Assembly: GCA_964035545.1 (NCBI GenBank)
Contig: CAXIUT010000236.1
Coordinates: 13,581-77,580, forward strand
DNA length: 64,000 nucleotides
Direction: 5' to 3'
From: Bugula neritina
Lineage: Eukaryota > Animalia > Bryozoa
This document shows positions 33,069 through 47,400 of the stretch, in pieces (positions within the stretch are counted from its first letter, which is position 1; the number at the start of each line of letters is the position of its first letter). The position numbers and the translations under genes are program-made. Below the pieces are notes generated by a model. That model saw only the letters and a list, made by a program, of their open reading frames with translations. It searched no databases and had not been told where the DNA came from.

Positions 33069-35129
33069 AGTCTTCTTGTCTGCAAAGAAAAATCAAAATA
33101 GTCTTAGTCTTAGTCTTAGTCTTCTTGTCTGCAAAGAAAAATCAAAATAGTCTTAGTCTTCTTGTCTGCAAAGAAAAATCAAAATAGTCTTAGTCTTAGT
33201 CTTAGTCTTAGTCTTCTTGTCTGCAAAGAAAAATCAAAATAGTCTTAGTCTTCTTGTCTGCAAAGAAAAATCAAAATAGTCTTAGTCTTAGTCTTAGTCT
33301 TAGTCTTCTTGTCTGCAAAGAAAAATCAAAATAGTCTTAGTCTTAGTCTTAGTCTTAGTCTTCTTGTCTGCAAAGAAAAATCAAAATAGTCTTAGTCTTA
33401 GTCTTAGTCTTAGTCTTCTTGTCTGCAAAGAAAAATCAAAATAGTCTTAGTCTTAGTCTTAGTCTTAGTCTTCTTGTCTGCAAAGAAAAATCAAAATAGT
33501 CTTAGTCTTAGTCTTAGTCTTAGTCTTCTTGTCTGCAAAGAAAAATCAAAATAGTCTTAGTCTTAGTCTTAGTCTTAGTCTTCTTGTCTGCAAAGAAAAA
33601 TCAAAATAGTCTTAGTCTTAGTCTTAGTCTTCTTGTCTGCAAAGAAAAATCAAAATAGTCTTAGTCTTAGTCTTAGTCTTAGTCTTCTTGTCTGCAAAGA
33701 AAAATCAAAATAGTCTTAGTCTTAGTCTTAGTCTTCTTGTCTGCAAAGAAAAATCAAAATAGTCTTAGTCTTAGTCTTAGTCTTCTTGTCTGCAAAGAAA
33801 AATCAAAATAGTCTTAGTCTTAGTCTTAGTCTTAGTCTTCTTGTCTGCAAAGAAAAATCAAAATAGTCTTAGTCTTAGTCTTAGTCTTAGTCTTCTTGTC
33901 TGCAAAGAAAAATCAAAATAGTCTTAGTCTTAGTCTTAGTCTTAGTCTTCTTGTCTGCAAAGAAAAATCAAAATAGTCTTAGTCTTAGTCTTAGTCTTAG
34001 TCTTCTTGTCTGCAAAGAAAAATCAAAATAGTCTTAGTCTTAGTCTTAGTCTTAGTCTTCTTGTCTGCAAAGAAAAATCAAAATAGTCTTAGTCTTAGTC
34101 TTCTTGTCTGCAAAGAAAAATCAAAATAGTCTTAGTCTTAGTCTTAGTCTTAGTCTTCTTGTCTGCAAAGAAAAATCAAAATAGTCTTAGTCTTAGTCTT
34201 AGTCTTAGTCTTCTTGTCTGCAAAGAAAAATCAAAATAGTCTTAGTCTTAGTCTTAGTCTTAGTCTTCTTGTCTGCAAAGAAAAATCAAAATAGTCTTAG
34301 TCTTAGTCTTAGTCTTAGTCTTCTTGTCTGCAAAGAAAAATCAAAATAGTCTTAGTCTTAGTCTTAGTCTTAGTCTTCTTGTCTGCAAAGAAAAATCAAA
34401 ATAGTCTTAGTCTTAGTCTTAGTCTTAGTCTTCTTGTCTGCAAAGAAAAATCAAAATAGTCTTAGTCTTAGTCTTAGTCTTAGTCTTCTTGTCTGCAAAG
34501 AAAAATCAAAATAGTCTTAGTCTTAGTCTTAGTCTTAGTCTTCTTGTCTGCAAAGAAAAATCAAAATAGTCTTAGTCTTAGTCTTAGTCTTAGTCTTCTT
34601 GTCTGCAAAGAAAAATCAAAATAGTCTTAGTCTTAGTCTTAGTCTTAGTCTTCTTGTCTGCAAAGAAAAATCAAAATAGTCTTAGTCTTAGTCTTAGTCT
34701 TAGTCTTCTTGTCTGCAAAGAAAAATCAAAATAGTCTTAGTCTTAGTCTTAGTCTTAGTCTTAGTCTTAGTCTTCTTGTCTGCAAAGAAAAATCAAAATA
34801 GTCTTAGTCTTAGTCTTAGTCTTAGTCTTAGTCTTAGTCTTAGTCTTAGTCTTAGTCTTAGTCTTAGTCTTAGTCTTAGTCTTAGTCTTAGTCTTAGTCT
34901 TAGTCTTAGTCTTAGTCTTAGTCTTAGTCTTAGTCTTAGTCTTAGTCTTAGTCTTAGTCTTAGTCTTAGTCTTAGTCTTAGTCTTAGTCTTAGTCTTAGT
35001 CTTAGTCTTAGTCTTAGTCTTAGTCTTAGTCTTAGTCTTAGTCTTAGTCTTAGTCTTAGTCTTAGTCTTAGTCTTAGTCTTAGTCTTAGTCTTAGTCTTA
35101 GTCTTAGTCTTAGTCTTAGTCTTAGTCTT
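33069..35129. repeat. Compound array: ~33 units of a 25-bp spacer CTTGTCTGCAAAGAAAAATCAAAAT + (AGTCTT)2-7 (mostly 55 bp), then pure (AGTCTT)~55 at 34800-35129
   Basis: Seen directly; period 55 (33308 vs 33363). Confidence 0.96.
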
Positions 35130-38100
35130 CATACATATATAAAAAAGGAAAAGAAAAAAACTTCCTTGACATGCAAAGTGAACAGAGAAGTGCATTATGG
35201 AAACGGTTGATGAACACTGCACTAACCTCTCTCCTGTCGTAAAGTCTAATGTAATCTTTGTGTTGTCAACTCAGAGGTCCATGTGGGAACCTGGGCCCAG
35301 GTCATTGAAAAGTCCAACACCAGCTTAACCTGGCTCAAACTACAAAAGTTTCAAGACTAGAGCGGAAAGCAAACCGTAGTACAACAAATTTGATCAGAAA
35401 GAGAAAAGTGGACAGCAAACAGGACGACAAGAAATATAACAAAGAGAAGAGAACAGGAAAACAAAGTTACTAGAATGATTTCTACATGCTACATAACACA
35501 TTTCGAGCACCTACATGTTCAGTTTCTATCCATTCTCAAAGATGACCATAGCAATTAGGGAGCAGGAACCCACGGTGCCGCAACGTACGACGTCAGAGGA
35601 TCCATGAGGGCATATGGTGGAGAGTTTGGGGCCTGTAGGGTCCACTCCAAGAAGTAGAGACTAAAGACAGCATGCCAGCTTATCAGCAGTAGATTTTTGG
35701 TGCCATAATATGTATCATGGAGCAATTCTTGCTAGCTATCACAGTATCTTCTGTAGCCCTGGTATCCATGCCCAGGATAACTCCATCCTAGAACACAGTC
35801 AATAGATATAAGTTGTGTAAACTCAATACTTCAGCAACTAACATTTCCTATTTTTATTATGGCCATAACAATTGTTGAACAATAATAACAATAACCCCTA
35901 ATCCACAAACAACTTTGTCTTAAACAGAATTTATTAACTATTTTTCAACAAATGAAAAATGAAACTTACCTTATATATTATCCCACATATAGTTGTGCCA
36001 GTACTGTAACCTTTTGGTGATGTAAAACCTTCAGATGAAAGGTGAGCATTTCTAAAACAACCAACTCTCAAGTTAATTCCTGTTGCTTGAAGTGAGATGT
36101 GCGTTTCCAAAGACTGAATGAAGAGAGAGCTGAAAGTGCAGGGTTTTTATTAGTCTAGAAAATAGCTTTTGTCTGGAATAGCCAAAACAAGCAAATAACA
36201 CAACATAGAAAAGCATAATGTAGCTAACATAGCCTAATGTAGCTAACATTATAGCTATGTTAATAAAATCAAAGCTTTAATGATTCAACAAAAGCTTTCC
36301 ATGCTCATGTACTGTCCAAACAATTTTCATGCCTTACAGTGTACCTGTAAAAGCACGTATGCCCAAATGTCAACAGCCAATGGGTTATGCAGAATAGTTG
36401 ATGTGGACAACATATTTTCTCCCTTATAGTGCAGTAGAATATATATAACACAGGAGTTACCAACCTTTCCCTAACATTCCCCCCTTTCATGAATATTGAC
36501 TATTAATTTCCCCCTTTTGACAAACTGTGAAAATTTTTATAACTGGCATCATGATAATATAGGATACAACAATATACATTACATGAAAAGTGAAGCAGTA
36601 TTTACAGCTCTAAATCCTGCATGGCACACTAACAACTATCAAGACAAACATCCTCAACAAAAGTGACTATAAAAACAACGAAATTTAGTTGAAGCATCAA
36701 AAACCAGTTTTAGAGACTATAGAGAATAAGAACATTGTATATAATGCATAGTACCAGAGGCATATAGTTTAAATGTGAGACTTTGGCAGAAATAAGCTGC
36801 TACTGGTAAAACCCATTCGCTAGCAATTTAAAATTGGAAAATTCAGCTGATTGGGGTAAAATAATATAATTAGGGTATAAAAGTAGACATCAACCACCAA
36901 GGGTATGTATAATCAGGTTAAGATAAACCGCATAAAACATCCAGGCCATACCAACTTATAGAGAAGCAAAATAATATATCAGTTCAACTTTAGTCAAATT
37001 TTTAATTGTAATTCTTGAAAATATAACTTGATGAAAAGTTTGAAACTGTTTACTGGTTAAATTGTGATTAATTAAAAGTTTTCGAATAATTCTATTGTAA
37101 GTAGTTTAATCAAGGATTCGTGTTATACTTAATAGGAATTGTTGGGACTTTAAATAAGTTGGGAAAGCTTTTCCCTAATGCATTATAGCTTTTCATGTAT
37201 TATTACAGCTATGCAAGCTATATTACAATTTTCTGACACTCATTACGGCTACTACACAAGAGCTGACCTTTTTGACTGGTATAACAACTACGCTTACAAC
37301 TTATGATGTAAAGGCTTTTACATCGCTACTTTCTTTTAGACTGCTACAATAAATATCTCTATATATTAAAAACAACAGGAATTACCTCCATATAGCTCAT
37401 CCAGCTGACCCATGTGAAGAATAATCTAGAATGACTTTGTCCAACTTTATACCCAATTGGTTGGTTGTCTAGTAGATGACCATGTGACCATCACAGCAGT
37501 TACTGCAAGAAGAAAGCAGTCTATAATTATGTGGTGTTGCATATCATGAAAAACAATGAAATAAAATACTAAATATAACATATTTTATAAAACATTATTG
37601 AAGAAAGCAACAAAAGTAAAAATGGAGAACAACAGGGGAGGGGGGGAATTCACATTTTTTATTGATGTATAGGTGTACAGAAGAGTGTCACACTTGATTA
37701 ATTTAAAAAAATGATTTGTTGAAAGAGCCATAACCAAAAATCAAAAATGAAAGCCTGACTTCGTTTTCTTACCACAAGCAAGCATAGCACTATGTAAACT
37801 TATATTTTTTAATAAGAGGTTTTCACACATTCAGCAATAAATTGACAGAACAACAAATATGATTGAAGAGTGCTCATTTAGATGGAATGAGGTTTGGTAG
37901 TATTTACAAGCTCCAAAATCAAATGAATTACTTATTGATGGTTTTCAATGAATACAATGATTGTATTAACATGAAAGTAAAATCCTAAAATAAAATCCCA
38001 ATCATGTGCTGATTTTTCATCTCTTCAGTCAAGTTTTGCATGGAGCTAGGGTAAGGTTGGCAAGAGCTATTACAATAGGCTGTTTTAACTTTCATTAGAA

Positions 38101-40221
38101 ACACATATGGCAATTCTTGAATGAAATAAACAGCTAAAACTTTTAAAGCTAAATATAACGACAGAAAAACAGCCAAGTGTTACGGTAGAATTGATCAACA
38201 GTGGACTTCATAGCTAACAGAACATATAGTATCAGTATTTTATGTGCCGAACAGTACAGTTTCATTTTAATCATCACTCTATAGTACAGTTCTATGTGCA
38301 CAACTTCCCAAAGTTATATATTCTACACCTTACACAATTATATTGCAACTTTTATCAAAAGCACATGCTTCAGTGTTTGAGTAGTAACGCTTGTTATGCT
38401 TATCCTAAATCATATTTTGTCCAAGGGAAGGTAGAAAAAGCTGAATCTAACATCATTTATGAGAGTAGCTATCCCCTGGTAGTAGCTTTATGAATGCTAA
38501 AACCTAATAGCACATAACACAGGGAAAGAGCAAATATTGTTACAATAAACAAACCTGAACCGATGAAAAGTTTCGGTGAATCTAACACAGAGAGAAGACA
38601 ACTTCTACATGGCATCTCATGGATTTAAAACCAGTCTTGATAGCAAGAGAACTTTTATCTGCATGTGGTTAAACACAATTACAAAAAAAAACAATAAATA
38701 TTCTAAACTACCTTAATATATAAAACATTTTATTTTAATTTGCTAATACAGTAAATGTTTGCAGAGCTGAGATACTAGTCTACTGACTACAAGTGATTAA
38801 CTTGAACAAATTCACAAGACTTGGAGTTAACAAGACTAAAATTATAAACAAACCATAACATTGTTGCTACCACTTCAAACAGAAATAGATATACATGAAT
38901 TATGGACATCAGTTATCAAGAAGAATACAAGAAGCACAAGATAATTCTTCTAATACATCGTGTAAAACTAGTAAAATTGAAACCACGGAGAAAATTATTG
39001 TAAATAATAAATACCTAATTATAACCAAGATGGGGCTCACAGAACTGACCACGGTTGACTAGCTCACATCTTCCTGGTGTAGACCATATGTTCTCTAATG
39101 TGTGAATATCTGAGCTGCTTGGATACATTCTAAAAAACAAAACACATTTGACAAATTGAAGTTGTTGAATAAATGATGACAGACATGTATGAGACAAATT
39201 ATAGACTGTTGAATCTAGAGTATGGGAAATTTGTATCATGATAAAATCAACTTAGTCTACAGAACCAGGAAAGACACTTCTTTGAATCAAAAACTTTTCA
39301 GTTGAACAACGTAAACTGAATATTCCACTTTTTAATTTCAAGGAATGATTATGACTATAATATGAGTATGTAACTGAAATAAAGTCAAACAAATTGAATT
39401 ATTGGGTAGGAGTTAAAATTTATTGCACAGTTATGGCTATTTTGAAAAGAAAAGTTGATTTCAATTATGAGCCATACAGTACAGAGTAGCAAATCAATGA
39501 ATTAAAATCATAAGCTTGTACATGTGGTGAGCAAAGCAACAGCCGCACTGTTACAGAAAGGTCATTGTAAAATGTTAGTGTAAATATTTGTGCAAAGTTT
39601 AATACTCCTGCAGAGGGGTTGATATAGAATCACAAAAATTATGTCTAATGATCATATATCACAACAAAATACCGTAAATATTAAAACAGCATTATATTAA
39701 TACATAAATTAACCATCTCTTCAGTGTGGATAACAATTAATTAAGGCAAGCGGATAAAATCAAGCTGAAGACAGGTCTACTGTAAAATGAAAAATTTATA
39801 GAACAGAAATGGAAAAAAAACTGTAAACACTGAAATAAAAATAAAATATGATACAAGCAAAAATGGCTTGGCATATTATATAATTAGTGGTAGGTACAGC
39901 AGCACCAATATTATGCTTAGACAAGAAATTATCCCAAAGGATAAATTTTCAATAAACTAAAAAAATGAGCACTGACTCACTGCATCAACTATTAGCTAGA
40001 AAACCTTACATCAAACTAAAAGCAGTATAACAGCTAGGGTGCTAAAATGTATAGCTCACTATTTGTAGTATTACTAACATTATTATTCTTAGTATTGATT
40101 TTGTGGTTTAGTTCAACAAACCAGAGGAGAACAGGGTAGAATTGTTACCTTGAAATCAAGCCAATTCAAAGCCAAGCTAAATTGAGATTTATTATATAAG
40201 TCTTGCAGCTGCATTTACTCA

Positions 40222-40624
40222 ATTGAGTGCTTTAAATATTTGTTTTTGTTTTTGAAAATTTTATAAAAGTTCTTAAACTTGTTCATTGAGCTAAAACATA
40301 TAAAACACTATAAATTAAGCTCATGAATTACAACCATGTTCAGTGCCAGTGAGATGCACAGAATAAAAAGTGTCCATCATTGAAACTGTAATTAAATCAA
40401 GTTTATGTTGATAATCAAATAAAATTTGTTCAATTAAACAATTTATTTATAATTTTTATTATAAATCTTTAGTGAAAACATGTAACAAAGGGCAAAAAAC
40501 TGGGTGAAATCATCCGCAACTACCCTCTGTAAACATATAGTAATATGAGGCACGCCTCCTACCGATAAGTAGCATAATGGTGGACAACGCCCTAAAATCG
40601 CCGCTCTCATATCGATCATCTCAG
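40222..40624. mobile_element. Truncated right half of the same MITE as 43624-44440
   Basis: Matches 44045-44440 including the right TIR and the flank GGCTGAGGCTGACAA, so it was duplicated with the segment rather than inserted independently. Confidence 0.75.
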
Positions 40625-43623
40625 GGCTGAGGCTGACAAAAGCTTTTACAATGAGCTGTTTTAACTTTTATTAGAAACATGTTTGGCAATTTTTGAATGA
40701 AATTAACAGCTACAACTTTTAAAACAAAATAAAACGACAGAAAAACAGCCATGTGTTACGGTAGTGTTAATCAACAGTGGATTTCATAGCTAATAGGAGC
40801 AGATATAGGTCAACTGAGTTTACCTAACTGTCTAGCACTGGAAGTTTTACTAATTCCAAGGGTTGGTAGTAAAGGTTAGACAACTTTAACTTAATGAAAA
40901 GAAGAGTTAGTATTGTTGCAGTAAGCAATTCATTTAAACACACACCTGAACTGATGAAAAGTTTCGTTGAATCAAACACAGAGAGAAGACAACTTCAAGT
41001 GTCGGCTTGTGAGCATCTCATGGATATAAAACGGGTCTTGATAGCAAGGTGACTTCTATCTGCATGTGGTTAAACACAACTACAAAACAGACAATAAATA
41101 TTATAAACTACCTTAATTATATATAAAACATTTTATTTTAATTTGCTAATAGTAAATGTTTGCAGAGCTGGGATACTAGTCACAAGATGTCGAGTTAACA
41201 AGACTAAAATAATAAATAAAACATTACTTTTTCACTATTAAAGATGAAATAGATAAACATAAATTATGGACATCAGTTATAAAAAAGAATACAGAAAGTA
41301 CAAGATAATTAATTCCTAATATCCTGTAAAATTGGTAAAATTGAAAACACAGACAAAATTATCATAAATAATAAATACCTAATTATAACCAAGATGGGGC
41401 TCTCAGAACTGACCACAGTTGGCTAGGTCCCATCTTCCTGGTGTAGACTAAATGTGTTCTCTAATGTGTGAATATTTGAGCTGCTTGGAGACATTCTAAC
41501 AAAAAAACACATTCGATGAATTAAAATTGTTGAATAAATGATGACAAGACATGTATGAGACATCTTACAGACTGTAAAATCTAGAGTATTGGAAATTTAC
41601 ATGGTGATAAATTTTTATTATGATAAAATCAGCATAGTCTACAGAACCAGGAGAGAAACTTCTTTGAATCAGAAACACAACTTGTTTTAGTTGAAGCAGC
41701 TTAAACTGAATATTCCACTTTAACTTTTGAATTTCGATCCATGATTATGACCATGATGAGTATGTAACTGAAATAAAGTCAAACGAATTAAATCATTGGG
41801 CAACAGTTAAACTTTATTACACTGGTAAGGCTGTAGTGAAAAAATAAAAACATTTGATTTCAATTATACTATTATTCACAGTATTGATTTTGTAGTTCAG
41901 TTCAACAGACCAGAGAAGAACAGGGTAGAAGTTGTGTTGAAATTAAGCTAATTTGAAGCTAAGCTAAATTGAAATTCATTATATGCCTTGCAGTTGTATT
42001 TACTCAAATGACTGCAGAATCAAATTGACAAAAAATGAGTGGCAGCTTATAAATTGAATAAAATATTCAATTTGAATTCTAAGCCTATGAATGAATACAG
42101 ATTAACAAACAGTTTACTAAAGACGGTACAAAATTATTAAATGACGTGCTAAATAAAGGATTACTTTGGTAACATGACCAAACAGTTTCAGTTGCTGGAC
42201 CAGTCAGTTTGAAGGGCAACTTAGTAATGGCAGTGCAGAAATTGACAGAAATTGAACAGGTGAGCTAGAAAAACTGCTTGTTCTAGAAGCTATTCAGGTA
42301 AATGATGAAAATAAATGTTGCAACTTGTGATTTGACTTTTGGAATTTTTATGGAGCTTCATCATCCTTCTAACCATTCACCATTAAATCACTAATTTCTC
42401 TTATTGAATGCAACTAGATATTAGCATGAGGTTAGGGACCTAAAGAAAAAGGACAGGGCTGTGCATGCACTTGCTTAGTCCTAACTCTGACTACTGGTTG
42501 TGGGTAAACATTCAACTACTTGTTTAAAATGTGTTGGGGAGGTCATGGTCATGAATTACTAGACAATCTGTATAGCATTAAGTTTACTATAATATGTGTG
42601 TACTGTCACTGTATGCCTGATGAAATAACTTTTATGGACATCAATTTTAAATAGCAGGAATTTGGGATAAGGTAACTTTAGAAAATAAAGATTTAAAATA
42701 AAACATACCACGGACAGATAAAGATGAGGCTTACAGGGATGGGAAGAATAACACACAGAGAAAAAGAGTACAGGTTGCTGTTCCTCTGCCCATTCTGTAA
42801 CACAAAAAATAGTAAATAAACTTGTTCAAAATACAATAGAAAAAAGGAAGCAATAGAAACATCACCTGTAGAATTTTTTCTATCAAATTGACAAATTTAT
42901 TAGCAAATTCCAAGCATTCAGAAAACCCTCAACACTATGCTAACTCTGTAGAAGTATATATTATATCTAAAGTTTCTAAGTGGTTAAATGATTGAACCAA
43001 CATCAAAATTTTCTACTCATATATAATACAGATGTGTGATATAAATAGGAAATCTAGTAATGTAATGAGTCTTGTGAAACAGTATAAATTTACAGCTCTA
43101 AAACCTACGTCGCAAACCAACAATTCAAAGAATCAAGACAGAAATTCACAATAAAAGTATCTTTAAAACAATAAAATTTAGTTGAAGCATGAAACACCAG
43201 TTTTAGAGAATATAGAAAATAAGTATATTGTATAATGCATACTACGAGAGACTTTGACAAAATTACGCTGTACATGCCACAGTTAGCCCTAATTTGCGAA
43301 TAATTCAAAAATGCAACATCCAGCTGCATGACTGAAACTGAAAACTTGGACATGCGAAAGTAATAACCGGCTAACCTCACACTGCAAATAGAGTAGTATG
43401 CAGTTCACCTCAGTCTGAAAATAGTTCAGGTCAAGCAAAGATCAAACAACTCCAACTAATACCAAACCATCCAGAAGGAATATTATGAAGCAGCAATCAG
43501 TAACCTGTAAGTGAAACAAACCAACACTGGGTTTGAGCCAGGAAGGTTTCAGAGATATATATCTAAAGCAAATAAAGTTGCAAAGATATGGAAATGATAT
43601 CTTTATACGAAGCTAGGGTGAGG

Positions 43624-44440
43624 CAAAGGTGATCTATATGAGAGTGGCGACTTTAGGGAGTCATGGGGACATCATTATGCAGAATTCTGCGCTGCGAGTT
43701 TATAAAAGTTAAAAAGGGAAAATTTTGTCACTTTTTTTATTTCATTATTATTTCTATTTTATGTGTACATTTTTAATTTTATTTATTGCTATAGTTTTTA
43801 AACACATTCTTTATGCATATAAAATTAAAAACAAGTTTAAAACTCACTCACTAATAATTATTCACGTGTAGCTTAATATATTGACAATAGAAAGCCCAAA
43901 GTTATTCAATTTAGTTTCAAATAGCATGAGGAAATTTATTTGAATTAAATTCTTAAAAATTATTATTATTTGAACTATTTTAAAAAGTTTTATCCAATAC
44001 TAAGTTCACACCTTTGAAGCCATAAAAACAATCATTAAATAATTCATTGAGTGCTTTAAAATATTTTTTTTGTTTTTGGAATTTTTTTAAAAGTTCTTAA
44101 ACTTCTTTTTTGAGTTGAAACATATAAAACACTATAAATTAAGCTCATGAATTACAACCGTGTTCAGTGCCAGTAAGCTGCACAGAATAAAACGTGTCCA
44201 TCATTGAAAATGCAATTAAATCAAGTTTCTGTTGATGATCGAATAAAAATTGTTGAATTCATTTATAATTTTTATCATAAATCTTTAGGGAAAACATGCA
44301 AAAAAGGACAAAAACTCAGTGAAATTATCACGCAACAATCCACTGTAATTATATAATAATATGAGGCACATCTCCTACCAATAAATAGCATAATGGTAGA
44401 CAACGCCCTAAAATTGCCACTCTCATATCGATCATCTCAG
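43624..44440. mobile_element. 817-bp non-autonomous DNA transposon (MITE), 35-bp imperfect TIRs, 8-bp TSD (hAT- or P-like)
   Basis: Left end CAAAGGTGATCTATATGAGAGTGGCGACTTTAGGG vs right-end reverse complement CTGAGATGATCGATATGAGAGTGGCAATTTTAGGG (29/35). Flanks are GGGTGAGG / GGCTGAGG. Empty sites in paralogs at ~38045 and ~23820. Confidence 0.8.
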
Positions 44441-47400
44441 GGCTGAGGCTGACAAGAGCTTTTACAATAGGCCGTTTTAACTTTTATTAGAAACATGTTT
44501 GGCAATTTTTGAATGAAATTAACAGCTACAACTTTTAAAACAAAATAAAACGACAGAAGTGTTAATCAACAGTGGATTTCATAGCTAATAGGAGCAGATA
44601 TAGGTCAACTGAGTTTACCTAACTGTCTAGCACTGGAAGTTTTACTAATTCCAAGGGTTGGTAGTAAAGGTTAGACAACTTTAACTTAATGAAAGGAAGA
44701 GTTAGTAATGTTGCAGTAAGCAATTCATTTAAACACACACCTGAACTGATGAAAAGTTTCGTTGAATCAAACACAGAGAGAAGACAACTTCTACACGTCG
44801 GCTTGTGAGCATCTCATGGATATAAAACTGGTCTTGATGGCAAGGTGACTTCTATCTGCATGTGGTTAAACACAACTACAAAACAGACAATAAATTTTCT
44901 AAAATACCTTGATATATAAAACATTTCATTTTAATTTGCTATCGAGCTGAGATTCTAGTCTAAAGACTACAAGTCATTAACTTGAACAAATTCACAGGAC
45001 TTGGAGTTAACAAGACTAAAATTATGAATAAAAGATAACATTTTTACTACTTCAAACAGAAATAGATAAACATGAATTATGGACATTAGAATACAAGAAG
45101 TACAAGATAATGATTTGCCTAACATCATTTAAAATTGGTAAAATTAAAAACAGAGAAAATTATTGTAAATAATAAATACCTAATTATAACCAAGATGGGG
45201 CTCTCAGAACTGACCACAGTTGGCTAGGTCCTATCTTCCTGGTGAAAACCATATGTTCTCTAATGTGTGAATATCTGAGCTGCTTGGAGTGATTCTAAAA
45301 AACAAAACACATTTGATAAATTAAAATTGTTGAATAAATGATGACAGATATATATGAGACATCTCATAGGTCCTAAAATCTAGAGTATTGAAAATTGTAT
45401 CATGATAGAATCAACATAGTCTACAGAACCAGGAAAGAAACTTCTTTGAACAAGAAATATAACTTGTTTTTTATAGTTACAGCAGTTTAAACTGAATTTA
45501 TTCCACTTAAACTTTTCAATTTCGAACCATGATTATGACCATGATGAGTATGTGACTGAAATAAAGTAAAACAAAATAAATCATTCAGCATAAGTTGAAC
45601 GTTATTATAGCGAGAAAAAAATTAAAATATTAGATTTCAATTATACTATTATTCTTAGTATTGATTTTGTAGTTCAGTTCAACAGACCAGAGTAGAAAAG
45701 GGTAAAAGTTAAGTCAAAGTCAAGCCAATTTGAAGCAAAGCTAAATTGAAATTTATTATATGCCTTGCAGTTGTATTTACTCAAATGACTGCAGAATCAA
45801 ATTGACTAGAAATGGGTAGCAGCCTATCAATTAAGTACAATATTCAATGTGAATTCCAAGCCTATGAATAAATACAGATCAACAATCAGTAAACTAAAGA
45901 TAATGTTGGTAAAAAATTAATAAATGACATGCTAAACAAAGGTTACCTTGGTAAGATGACCAAACAATTTCAATTGCACGATCATTCACTATGAAGAGCA
46001 ACTTACTATATAATAATGACAGTGCAGCAGACGTGCTTAGTCATCCGTAACCAATCATTGCTCAGTCGTCTGTAACTGATCACGTGATTATTGGGGCATG
46101 CGCTATATCTCATGACTCACTTCCAATGGTGTCACCAATTCAGTGCAATCTGTATGCAGCAAAAAGAGCAATACTAATTTTGGTGCCTAAGATTCTATGA
46201 GGCTTCAAGTTTCAGAATATAATGAAAGGAAAACAGAGATGTAGCAATCAAATACTTTTAAAAATTTGTCCTCTTTATGCAGCATTATCAATCATGCTTA
46301 GGGCAAAATAAACAGGAATATATATCACTATGCTAAATTAACCATCAAGAAAAGAAACACAAATTCACGACACAAAGAGGCATAAAGTAATTAAACAGGT
46401 GAGATAAGAAAACTGCTTGTTCTAGAAGCCATTCAGTGTTGCAACTTGGTGTTTTGATTTTTGAAATTTTTATGGAGCTTAATCATTCTTTAAACCATTC
46501 ACCATTAAATCACTAATTTCTGTTATTGAATGCAACTAGAGAGTAGCATGAGGTTAGGGACCTACAGCAAAAGGCCAGGGTTTGGCTTGCCTTTGCTTAG
46601 TCCCAACTCTGACTACTGTTTGCAGGTAAACATTGAAATACTTGTTCACATGTGTTGGGGCAGGTCATGGTCATGAATTACTAGACAATCTGTATAGCAT
46701 TAAGTTTACTATAATATGTGTGTAACGTCACTGTATGCCTCAAGAAATAACTTTTATGGACATCAATTTTAAATAGCAAGAATTTGGGATAAGGTAACTT
46801 TAGAAAATAAAGATTTAAAATAAAACATACCACGGACAGATAAAGATGAGGCTTACAGGGATGGGAAGAATAACACACAGAGAAAAAGAGTACAGGTTGC
46901 TGTTCCTCTGCCCATTCTGTAACACAAAAAATAGTAAATAAACTTGTTCAAAATACAATAGAAAAAAGGAAGCAATAGAAACATCACCTGTAGAATTTTT
47001 TCTATCAAATTGACAAATTTATTAGCAAATTCCAAGCATTCAGAAAACCCTCAACACTATGCTAACACTGTATAGGAGTATATATTATATATAAAGTTTC
47101 CAACTGGTTAAATAATTGAACCAACATTAAAATTCTCTACTCGCATTATACAGATGTGTGACATAAGTAGGAAATCTAGTAACCTGATGAGTTTAATATA
47201 AAACAGTATAAATTTACAGCTCTAAAACCTGCATGGTAAACCAACAAGTCAAAACATCAAGGCAGACATTCACAATAAAAGTGACTGTAAAACATTATAA
47301 TTTAATTGAAGCATGAAACATGTTTTTTTTAGATAATACAGTATAGAAAAAAAGTATGTTGTATAATGCATAGTAGGAGAGACTTTGACAAAATTAGCCC

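Noticed and set aside
33069-34800. CRISPR-like repeat-spacer appearance
   Set aside because: The spacers are identical or microsatellite, there are no cas genes, and the context is eukaryotic.
34767-35222. Poly-KT and poly-SL ORFs
   Set aside because: Translations of the (AGTCTT)n microsatellite.
35270-35480. Possible decayed Gypsy integrase C-terminal fragment
   Set aside because: Only a vague resemblance with stops and frameshifts; unsupported without a search.
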